The position numbers and the translations under genes were made by a program. From Chloroflexota bacterium (lineage in GTDB: Bacteria; Chloroflexota; UBA11872): DNA of 64,000 nucleotides. Shown here piece after piece: positions 48,905 to 56,735 of the stretch (positions are counted from its first letter, which is position 1; the number at the start of each line of letters is the position of its first letter). Under the pieces are notes generated by a model that was not told the DNA's origin, did not search any database, and saw only the letters and a program-made list of their open reading frames with translations. Location of the stretch: contig JAJDVX010000042.1 of assembly GCA_022825895.1 (NCBI GenBank), positions 6,525 to 70,524 on the forward strand, read 5' to 3'.

Positions 48905-49183
48905 ATGGAGCACACCACATCGCAACGCACCTGGACCGTCGCCGAGGCCAAGGCCAAGCTGTCCGAGGTCCTGCGGCTCGCCGAGGAAGAAGGGCCCCAA
49001 CGCATCGGCCTGCGCCGGCCCTTCGTTGTCGTGCCCGAAGCGCTTTGGGACGCCAGGCAAGCGCGCGACAGGCACTTGGGCCGGTGGCTGCTTGAAAACG
49101 TGCCAAGGGGCCTGAACTGGGAAGTCCCCCGTGACCGGCGATCCGATAGGGCGGTTCCCTTTTCGGAAGAAGACGAACGGTGA
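48905..49183 (+). CDS. Type II antitoxin, Phd/YefM-like (VapB partner)
   Basis: Internal ATG with AGGAG 8 nt upstream. MEHTTSQRTWTVAEAKAKLSEVLRLAEEEGPQRI... Stop overlaps the vapC GTG start. Confidence 0.7.
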   Translation: MEHTTSQRTWTVAEAKAKLSEVLRLAEEEGPQRIGLRRPFVVVPEALWDARQARDRHLGRWLLENVPRGLNWEVPRDRRSDRAVPFSEEDER

Positions 49184-49599
49184 CGGGGTTTCTCCTGGAC
49201 ACGAACGTCATTTCCGAATTGACCAGGGACGAACCCGATTCGCGAGTGGTCCGGTTTCTCGACGACGAAGGCGACTTATGGCTGTCGTCCGTCGTCGTGT
49301 ACGAGATGGAATATGGCCTTGCGACCCTTCCCCAGGGGCGCCGCGCGGCAAGGTTGCGCGCTTTGCAAGCGAATATCCTCGCCGCCTTTGCAGGCCGGCT
49401 CCTGTCCTTGGATCAATCCGGCGCCCGCTGGTCAGCCGAGCTCCGAGCGCAGGCACGCCACGTCGGGCGGACCATCGACGTCGGTGACGCCCTCATCGCC
49501 GGCACTGCCAGAGCGCACGGCCTGGCCCTCGCCACCCGCAACATCCGCGACTTCCAGGGAATGGACATCCACCTCGTCAACCCCTGGGACTACCCATAA
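49180..49599 (+). CDS. vapC: Type II toxin VapC (PIN domain ribonuclease)
   Basis: 139 aa. GTG start. LLDTNVISEL...D...acidic PIN residues...ATRNIRDF. Confidence 0.85.
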   Translation: MTGFLLDTNVISELTRDEPDSRVVRFLDDEGDLWLSSVVVYEMEYGLATLPQGRRAARLRALQANILAAFAGRLLSLDQSGARWSAELRAQARHVGRTIDVGDALIAGTARAHGLALATRNIRDFQGMDIHLVNPWDYP

Positions 49600-49966
49600 C
49601 GGTCTTCGCCCACGCGCACTCCCAGAACGCCGCCACCCGCCCTTCGTCCGCGCCCCCCGTTCGTGGTCAGCCTGTCCTGAGCTTGTCGAAGCGGACGGGC
49701 CAGAGTCTTCGGCGGCCCGTGTCGAACCACAAAGGCCCAGCATCCAACCCTCCCAGACAGTCCCCTCCGTCATTCCGGAGGCTTCACCCGGAGTCCAGGG
49801 CCCTCAACCTGCAACCTGTGCCTCGGCGCCCGTCAGACGTCCGAGCGAACTAGTTAGACCATTCCTGGTACCGCGCCATTCCGCCCCGCGTATCGCTCCA
49901 CGCTCCAACGCCTTCCTCCGACCAGCCCACGTATCATGCCCGCGCCAACAGTGAGGGCGGATCACG

Positions 49967-52588
49967 ATGGCTAGACGGGCAGGTTGCGAACCGGCCTACG
50001 ACGCTGCCCAACGCTGGGTCGACGCAGCCTTACGCAAGGACGACTCGCTCTTCACCCCTGGCCACCCAATCTGGTCACTGCACAACCTCTATGACTTCCG
50101 CAAGCGAATATTCGATGACTCCGGACCGTCTCACGGAGGGTTTTATCGTCGATTCGAGCACCAACTCAGAGATGCACCATCCGATACTATTCAAATTGCC
50201 GCCGAAATCCTCTACGTGTACTTTCTGATCGCCGACCAGCGTGCCATACGAGGAACCACAAAGAGGCAACGGATCCGGGAAGTCATTAGCTGGGCTCCCA
50301 CTGCCCTGGAGGTCCCTGCCAATCTAATCGAGTCCGATATCGCAATCGATTCTGGAATAATGAATCCAGGAGCCGCGTCCCAGACGACTATCCACGCCCA
50401 AGTCCATATGATTGCTGAATTTGTATTGCACTGGAAGCAGCTTCCTGAAAGCGATCGTAGAGACTCCCTATCAGATCCTTGGGGTTTCTTGCAGGCCGTC
50501 CGATCGGTCCAAGTTCCCAGAGCCCAACCACAAGCGGAAGCGTTGCTGCATCTCGTCCATCCAGATTCATTCGAACCAAGTATGAGGAATGATAAGGGAC
50601 AGATTAGATCATCGTTTAACGATTCCTTGATTGCTCAGGCTGATGACGTTGATAGAGATTTATTCACAATACGTGAGCAACTGACCGGCATATCAAGCAT
50701 TTACAGAGAAGGTTTCGACTTTTACTCGCCTGAGATACATTTCGTTTGGAGTTCAGGATGGACCAAATTAGAACAATTCGTTCGCTGGGGAAATCGTTTC
50801 TTGGAGCATCCCAGCTTTGTTGAACTCGAGATTGACATCAAGCTCAGTCCTGCAGACCGCCTCAAACAGGCTCGATCTGCACTGGAATCTGGAGCAGACA
50901 ATTGGCTTGCCCTGCTAGAGGAAGCCTTCAAGAATCATGCTCTAGTGAGGTTTGACTCACGTGACGCATTTATCAAGTGGTGTAAGGAGAATGAGTCTGA
51001 CGCAAAGTCCGCTCTTCGGGAATTATGGAACGATCAAGCCGGCATCGTCGAATCAGTTCGATCTTTCTCGTCGCAGTTTCCAATGAGCGTCGTTCGCGGA
51101 GTAGGCACACGGACAAGGTTGATTTCGTTTCTAGCGATGGCCATTGATCCACGCCGATACCCTATATACGGGTACTCGCTCTTCCAGAATGCATACAACC
51201 TGGTCGGACACGATCCACCGGAAGATAGTGCTGACGAGGCTGACGTCTACTCCCATGCCCTCAGATTCCTGGACACCGTGCTGGACGAAGCAAAGAAGCA
51301 TGAACTTCACTTGCCGGATCGTCTGTACGCCCAGTCGGTGCTCTGGTCAATCACACGACCCGACCGATACGAGACGATCCTCCAGAAGGCTGAGCACGAA
51401 GCTTTTCGTCGATACCGTGGCGACGTTATAGCCCCGAGTCTCACGTTTGAGGAGCTTGTAGAAAATCAACGATTCGTCCAGAACCGCGAAATCACGGCCA
51501 TTAGCCTGCCCAACGCAAGCGACGGAAGCGGGGATCTGACATATGCGCTTACTCCACCACCCCCCGCCGGACTCAACTTCGATTCAATTGCCCGCACCCT
51601 GACCGGTACACCATCGGCAACGCAGCCAGCCACGACCTACATCTACACGGCAGTCGACGGGGACGGTGCCAGCGCCACGCAGGATTTCTCGATTACGGTG
51701 TCCGCTGAGACGCTTCATGACCTCGCTGCCCGGCTCTATTGGGACGCCGAGCACCTCCAAAACATCCAGCGCCTGATCGAGGACAAGGGCCAAATCGTCT
51801 TCTACGGCCCGCCGGGCACCGGCAAGACCTTCGTCGCCCAGGAACTCGCCAGTCACTTCGCCCGCGCCGAAGGCTCAACCGACCTCGTCCAATTCCACCC
51901 GTCGTACGCCTACGAAGACTTTGTGGAGGGCTTCCGTCCAGACACGATCAGGGACCAACCAGGCTTCAAACTACGCGAAGGCCCCCTCAAGCGCATTGCC
52001 GACAAAGCCCGCGCCAATCCCAACGCAACCCACGTCCTGGTCATCGACGAAATCAACCGCGGCAACGTCGCCCGGGTCTTCGGCGAGCTCTACTTCCTGC
52101 TCGAATACCGCGACCGCGAGATATCGCTCCAATACTCCGAGCAACAATTCGCACTCCCCAAGAATCTTTGGTTCATCGCCACCATGAACACCGCCGACCG
52201 ATCCATCGCCCTGGTGGACGCCGCCCTCCGCCGCCGCTTCCACTTCGTCGAGTTCTCACCGCACACGCCGCCCGTCCAGGGCCTGCTAACCCGCTGGCTT
52301 GAAACGAGAGAGTCCGACCTTCAATGGGTCGCCAGGTTGCTGGACCTGGCCAACGACAAACTCAGCGACCGCCACCTGGCCATCGGCCCCAGCCACTTCA
52401 TGCAAAAGAATCTTGACGAAACATGGGTCGAGTTGATCTGGAACCACTCGATCTACCCGTATGTTGAAGAACAACTCTTCGGGGATTACGACCGCCTCCA
52501 AGATTTTAAGTTCGAGAATCTCAAGCGTGCGGCGCAGCGGCAGGATCGGAGTCCAGGCAGCGGCGATGACACGCCTGACGCTGACTGA
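49967..52588 (+). CDS. mcrB: McrB-family AAA+ GTPase with a ~570-aa uncharacterised N-terminal region
   Basis: 873 aa. The C-terminal 300 aa (GPPGTGKTF Walker A, VLVIDEINRGNVARVFGELYFLLEYR, FIATMNTADRS, RRRFHFVEF) are an McrB-type GTPase. The N-terminal region has no confident match and has lower GC. Confidence 0.8.
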   Translation: MARRAGCEPAYDAAQRWVDAALRKDDSLFTPGHPIWSLHNLYDFRKRIFDDSGPSHGGFYRRFEHQLRDAPSDTIQIAAEILYVYFLIADQRAIRGTTKRQRIREVISWAPTALEVPANLIESDIAIDSGIMNPGAASQTTIHAQVHMIAEFVLHWKQLPESDRRDSLSDPWGFLQAVRSVQVPRAQPQAEALLHLVHPDSFEPSMRNDKGQIRSSFNDSLIAQADDVDRDLFTIREQLTGISSIYREGFDFYSPEIHFVWSSGWTKLEQFVRWGNRFLEHPSFVELEIDIKLSPADRLKQARSALESGADNWLALLEEAFKNHALVRFDSRDAFIKWCKENESDAKSALRELWNDQAGIVESVRSFSSQFPMSVVRGVGTRTRLISFLAMAIDPRRYPIYGYSLFQNAYNLVGHDPPEDSADEADVYSHALRFLDTVLDEAKKHELHLPDRLYAQSVLWSITRPDRYETILQKAEHEAFRRYRGDVIAPSLTFEELVENQRFVQNREITAISLPNASDGSGDLTYALTPPPPAGLNFDSIARTLTGTPSATQPATTYIYTAVDGDGASATQDFSITVSAETLHDLAARLYWDAEHLQNIQRLIEDKGQIVFYGPPGTGKTFVAQELASHFARAEGSTDLVQFHPSYAYEDFVEGFRPDTIRDQPGFKLREGPLKRIADKARANPNATHVLVIDEINRGNVARVFGELYFLLEYRDREISLQYSEQQFALPKNLWFIATMNTADRSIALVDAALRRRFHFVEFSPHTPPVQGLLTRWLETRESDLQWVARLLDLANDKLSDRHLAIGPSHFMQKNLDETWVELIWNHSIYPYVEEQLFGDYDRLQDFKFENLKRAAQRQDRSPGSGDDTPDAD

Positions 52589-53795
52589 GCACCAACCGCG
52601 CGAGAATGTTCGTCTCACGTCCGAGCAACTTGACACGCTCCTGCGCTTGGTGCGCTCGGTCGACGTGTCGCCAACGTCCACGAGCAACACCTGGATTCTG
52701 AGGCCTGGCTCCCAGGTAGGCGTCGTTCGCCTGCCCGATCTCACCGTCGAAATCCGGCCCAAGCTCCCCATCCACCGCGTCCTCTTCCTGGCCTCGTACG
52801 CCCTCGGCGCCTTCAAGCTCAAGCCCGACATCGCGGACATCGATCGATCACCCGACCTGGTGGAAGCCATGGTCCAGCTATTTCACGCCGCCGTCCGGCA
52901 GGCCACTGGGCGCGGCTTATTGCAGGGCTATAGGACTCACGAGGAAACGCTGAACGTCGTCCGCGGGCGCATTCGCATTGAGGAGCAACTGCGTCGGCGC
53001 TTCGGCATCCCCGTCCCCATTGAGGTCCGCTACGACGAATTCACGCCTGACATCCCGGCCAACCGCATCCTCAAGGCCGCCGTGGGCCGGCTGGCCTGGC
53101 TGCCGCACCGCTCCCGCGACACGCGCCGGCTGCTGAGTGTCATGCGCGCCGTCTTGGCCAACGTGTCGGACGTCGAATATCGCTCGAACGATATCCCCAA
53201 CATTCCCATCACCCCGCTGAACACCCACTACCGGCCCGCTCTGGCCCTGGCCCGACTCATCCTCAAGTCGGGCGCTGTCGAACTCGCGGCTGGCAAGGTC
53301 GAATCCGCCTCGTTCCTGATCGACATGAACAAAGTGTTCGAAGATTTCGTGGTCGTCGGCCTGCGCGAAGCGCTCGGTCTGACGGAATACACCTTTCCCC
53401 AGGAAGCACACGGCCGCGAACTCTGGCTGGCTGCGGGCCAGAAAGTACGGCTAAAGCCGGACATCTCCTGGTGGCAAGACAACCGTTGCATATTCGTCGG
53501 CGACGCCAAGTACAAGCGCACCACCGCTCACGGCGCCCAGAACCACGACATCTATCAGGCCCTCGCCTACGCCGTCGCCGCCGGCCTGCCTGGCGCCCTC
53601 CTTATCTACGCTCACGACGAACAGGAACGCGTCGCCCCTGCCGTCTACGACATCCCGCACGCCAACAAGCGCATTGAGGTCATGGTCCTGGACCTACGCG
53701 GCTCGCGGGATGAACTCATGCAACGCATTCACGCCCTCGCCCACAAGGTTCGCGCAAACGTGGCGCCGGTCACGGCTGCCCACCTCGCCGCCTGA
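52566..53795 (+). CDS. mcrC: McrC-family nuclease subunit (PD-(D/E)xK)
   Basis: Internal ATG overlapping the mcrB 3' end by 23 nt. D...IFVGDAKYK PD-(D/E)xK core. Typical McrC length and position. Confidence 0.8.
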   Translation: MTRLTLTEHQPRENVRLTSEQLDTLLRLVRSVDVSPTSTSNTWILRPGSQVGVVRLPDLTVEIRPKLPIHRVLFLASYALGAFKLKPDIADIDRSPDLVEAMVQLFHAAVRQATGRGLLQGYRTHEETLNVVRGRIRIEEQLRRRFGIPVPIEVRYDEFTPDIPANRILKAAVGRLAWLPHRSRDTRRLLSVMRAVLANVSDVEYRSNDIPNIPITPLNTHYRPALALARLILKSGAVELAAGKVESASFLIDMNKVFEDFVVVGLREALGLTEYTFPQEAHGRELWLAAGQKVRLKPDISWWQDNRCIFVGDAKYKRTTAHGAQNHDIYQALAYAVAAGLPGALLIYAHDEQERVAPAVYDIPHANKRIEVMVLDLRGSRDELMQRIHALAHKVRANVAPVTAAHLAA

Positions 53796-54121
53796 GCCAG
53801 CCACGGCCTCGGGCGCGTCGATGCCCAACAGCGGCAGGCAACTCCTAAGGATTCCTTAGTTGTTCGAACCGCGGGCACACCCAGTCAAACGACACCTCGG
53901 CCACGACAGCTCGAATCCGTCGTCGCGATTGGTCTCGGGATCAGAGCCCGAGGCCACCTGCCCTGGCGCCGCTAGACTCCGGCAACTTGTGCAGAATCTG
54001 CACAAGTTCGAACCGAGAGCGGTTGAGTCCATCTCCCGCGAGATCCAACTACCGAGGAATCCTCGGTAGTTGCAAACGACGCCGACCGGCTCGCCCACCG
54101 CCCCTCATCGTCGCCGCTACC

Positions 54122-54439
54122 TCAGATCGGGACTTCCCTCAGTTCCCCGGGGCCTATGTGGTCAAGCGCCGTACGGATCTCCTCCACGCGCAGCTGCACC
54201 TTGGGCCACGCGGTAGAAAGCAGAACCACCACGGCCAGCCTTCGGCCGGCAAGGTTCTGCTGATATCGCAAATTCTGATCGGTAGTGATCAGGACGTCGT
54301 AGCCCGCCTGTTCGGCGCTGTCGATCAGGTCCCCGTTATCCATATCCGACCAGCCGCGCTCCGCTGCCGTGTCCACGACATGACTGTCCAAGTGACGACG
54401 CAGCGGCGCCGGTGTGCCCTGATCGAACAGAATCCTCAC
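54122..54439 (-). CDS. DUF5615 PIN-like domain protein (putative toxin partner of DUF433)
   Basis: 105 aa. MRILFDQGTP...DSAEQAGYDVLITTDQNL pattern typical of DUF5615. Confidence 0.7.
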   Translation of the reverse strand: MRILFDQGTPAPLRRHLDSHVVDTAAERGWSDMDNGDLIDSAEQAGYDVLITTDQNLRYQQNLAGRRLAVVVLLSTAWPKVQLRVEEIRTALDHIGPGELREVPI

Positions 54440-54663
54440 GGTTGCGCGGGAACTCGCAGAGCCTCCGCTTCGTGTTCCAGCACCGCTCGAACCTGCCAGG
54501 CTTCAACGCCCGGGAACCATTCCAGAAACTGGCCAACCGTAGCGCCGCTCTCCAGGTTCTCGAAGAGGGCGGAAACCGGCACCCGCGTTCCGGCGAACGT
54601 CCACGCCCCGCTGAGCTTTCCGGGACGACATTCCACCGCCGGGCACCTCTCCCAGTCGGTCAC
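54436..54663 (-). CDS. DUF433 domain protein (putative antitoxin)
   Basis: 75 aa. PGKLSGAWTFAGTRVPVSALFENLESGATVGQFLEWFP matches the DUF433 core. Stop overlaps the downstream DUF5615 start. Confidence 0.7.
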   Translation of the reverse strand: MTDWERCPAVECRPGKLSGAWTFAGTRVPVSALFENLESGATVGQFLEWFPGVEAWQVRAVLEHEAEALRVPAQP

Positions 54664-54880
54664 GCTGTCACCTCCGTACCTCAGCTAAGTCTCCAATCCC
54701 ATCTTCCGTGTCGCACAGGCAGCCGTCCATAACCATCAGCCAACCTGCCGCCCGTTCCTACCCAATGCGGCTCCCCGTGCCGCATAGCGGCCGAGTCCCT
54801 CACCAACCTCTTCCGCCCCCGCCCCCTCCTGCGTACGGACCGGTTCCTAACCGGCCTCTTCTCCGACGCTAAACTTCACC

Positions 54881-56041
54881 ATGGCCAGCCGCGAATCCCA
54901 TTTCGCGGCCGACCGCTTACCTGCGCCCTCGGGGCGCACGCCGGAAGACCTGGCCGCGTGGGTGGCGCTGAGTTCGGTTCCCGGGCTTGGGTCGGCCACG
55001 TTGTGGAACCTCATCCGCGCCTTCGGCGACCTCAGCCAGGCGTGGACTGCCAGCGCCGCCCGGCTCCAAGCCGCCGGCGCTTCGCCCGCCGTCGCCAGAG
55101 GCGTTGAGACCGCCCGTCGCGAAAAATCAGCCGACCACGCCTTGGAAGAGCTCGCCAAGCACGACGGCCGCGCCATCGCCTGGCACGACCCGGCCTATCC
55201 GGCCCAACTGCGCGAGATTCCCGACCCACCGCCGTTGATTTATGTCAAGGGCGACCTCGCCTGCGCCGGCTACCAGCGCAGCGTCGCCATCGTCGGCACC
55301 CGCCGCATGACCGCCTACGGCAAGCAAGTCACCGCCCAACTGGCCGGAACCCTGGCCCGCGCGGGCATCTGCGTCGTCAGCGGTATGGCCGCCGGCGTCG
55401 ATGGCGAAGCCCACCGCGCCGTGCTGGAATCCGAAGGCGCCACGGTCGCCGTTTGGGGCACCGGCCTGCACGAGATCTATCCCCGCGCCAACCGCCGCCT
55501 CGTCCCCCGCATTCTCGAGCGCGGCGCCATCGTCACCGAGTACCCCGTCGGCGTGCGCGGACTCCCCGAGAACTTCCCCCAGCGCAACCGCATCATCAGC
55601 GGCCTCTCGCTCGCCACCATCGTCGTCGAGGCCCCGCTCGAAAGCGGCGCCCTTCACACCGCCCGCTACGCCATCGAGCAGAACCGCGAGATCCTGGCCG
55701 TCCCGGGCAGCGTCTTCGCCGCCGCCAGCCGCGGAACCAACCGGCTCATCAACCGCGGCGAAGCCCGCGCCGTCACCTCCGCCGAGGACGTCCTCGAAGC
55801 CCTGCAAATCGCCGTCAGCCCCGAGCAGTTGGCAATGCCCCAACTCGTCAAACCCACCGCCGAGGAACGCGCCGTTCTTCGCCACCTCACTACCGACCCC
55901 ATGCACATCGACGAACTGGTGCGCCTGGCCGCCCTGCCCGCCTTCCGCGTTTCCGCCCTGCTCGCCGTCATGGAAGTCAAGGGCCTCGTCCGCAACCTCG
56001 GCAGCGCCCACTACGTCACCGCCCGCCCACATGCCAACTGA
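54881..56041 (+). CDS. dprA: DNA-processing protein DprA (Smf)
   Basis: 386 aa. SAM-like N-terminus, Rossmann-like core (VAIVGTRRMTAYG...VVSGMAAGVDGEAH...AVWGTGL), C-terminal winged-helix region. Confidence 0.85.
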   Translation: MASRESHFAADRLPAPSGRTPEDLAAWVALSSVPGLGSATLWNLIRAFGDLSQAWTASAARLQAAGASPAVARGVETARREKSADHALEELAKHDGRAIAWHDPAYPAQLREIPDPPPLIYVKGDLACAGYQRSVAIVGTRRMTAYGKQVTAQLAGTLARAGICVVSGMAAGVDGEAHRAVLESEGATVAVWGTGLHEIYPRANRRLVPRILERGAIVTEYPVGVRGLPENFPQRNRIISGLSLATIVVEAPLESGALHTARYAIEQNREILAVPGSVFAAASRGTNRLINRGEARAVTSAEDVLEALQIAVSPEQLAMPQLVKPTAEERAVLRHLTTDPMHIDELVRLAALPAFRVSALLAVMEVKGLVRNLGSAHYVTARPHAN

Positions 56042-56078
56042 TACCCCCGCCCTATACCCGCCGCGGGGCGACGGGGTG

Positions 56079-56190
56079 GACACATTCGGCGCAAAACTGA
56101 ACACATTCGCCGGAAAACTGAACACATTGGGCGCAAAACTGAACACATTCGCCAGAAAACTGAACACTTCGCACGATTCCGCTGAACAGG
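56079..56190 (+). repeat. Tandem direct repeat, 21-bp unit (g[c/g]aaaactgaacacattcgcc), about 4.5 copies
   Basis: gacacattcggc|gcaaaactgaacacattcgcc|ggaaaactgaacacattgggc|gcaaaactgaacacattcgcc|agaaaactgaacacttcgcac|gattccgctgaaca. Begins 38 nt after the dprA stop. Confidence 0.85.
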
Positions 56191-56265
56191 TGTCTACCTT
56201 GGTCGCGATCCGCGCAGTGCCCCGCCCCGACGCCCGAGGAACCGTACGCCAGTCCGCGCACGGCC

Positions 56266-56294
56266 TTGCCATGCGTACGCTGACGGTGTACAAT
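56266..56294 (+). promoter_or_regulatory. Candidate sigma-70-type promoter (TTGCCA-17 bp-TACAAT) for secDF
   Basis: Near-consensus -35 and -10 hexamers with a 17-bp spacer, ~440 nt upstream of the secD start. Confidence 0.45.
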
Positions 56295-56542
56295 CGCGGA
56301 CACCGACACGCGGCGCAACCTGTCATGGCTTCCGTTACCGGCCGCAGCACCCGGCCATCCCCTTGTTTCCCGAGTCCCGGATCCTTGTATGCGCCGCCCG
56401 CCGCGGACTCTTGCTTGACGTCCCCGCATCTGCACGTCAGCAACCATCAGCCCGCGACCCGTACCCTCCCCGCTACCCGCCCCCGCCTCCTCCTGTGCAT
56501 GGCCCGCCCCGCCGTCGGCCAGCACAACGAGATTCCGCGCCA

Positions 56543-56597
56543 AACTGTCTCTGGCCAGCCCGGTCCCAAGAGGGACCGGGCTGGCCAGAGACAGTTC
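56543..56597 (+). promoter_or_regulatory. Perfect 25-bp inverted repeat (hairpin) in the secD 5' leader
   Basis: aactgtctctggccagcccggtccc-aagag-gggaccgggctggccagagacagtt. 25/25 complementary with a 5-nt loop, followed by cccccctt rather than a T-tract. Confidence 0.6.
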
Positions 56598-56735
56598 CCC
56601 CCTTCACCCCCACGAATGCGCTCACAACCTGCCGTCCCGCCTGGCGACCAAACCGCCGATGCGAACAGGCACGGCCAGTCGACGAAACGCCGCCGCGTAT
56701 GATCAGCGCTGGTTTTCCGGGAGATTGCTAAGTCC

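Noticed and set aside
48413-49075. 220-aa minus-strand ORF downstream of gatB
   Set aside because: It is built from the reverse strand of repeat copy D plus antisense of the antitoxin gene, so it is spurious.
53856-54098. Short ORFs in the mcrC-DUF5615 spacer
   Set aside because: There is no RBS or conservation signal. The region is dominated by palindromes and is treated as non-coding.
56079-56190. Possible CRISPR array
   Set aside because: The 21-bp units are contiguous with only 2-5 variable nucleotides between them, so there are no 25-40 nt unique spacers. No cas genes are nearby. It is a simple tandem repeat.
55127-56443. 438-aa minus-strand ORF covering dprA and the tandem-repeat spacer
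   Set aside because: It is antisense to dprA. The repeat region is translated as FSFAPNVFSF... iterations, which is an artefact of the 21-bp repeats.
56363-56731. 122-aa + strand ORF in the secD leader, considered as a possible yajC
   Set aside because: It is Pro/Arg-rich with no TM helix or YajC-like sequence. The leader is better explained as non-coding regulatory RNA.
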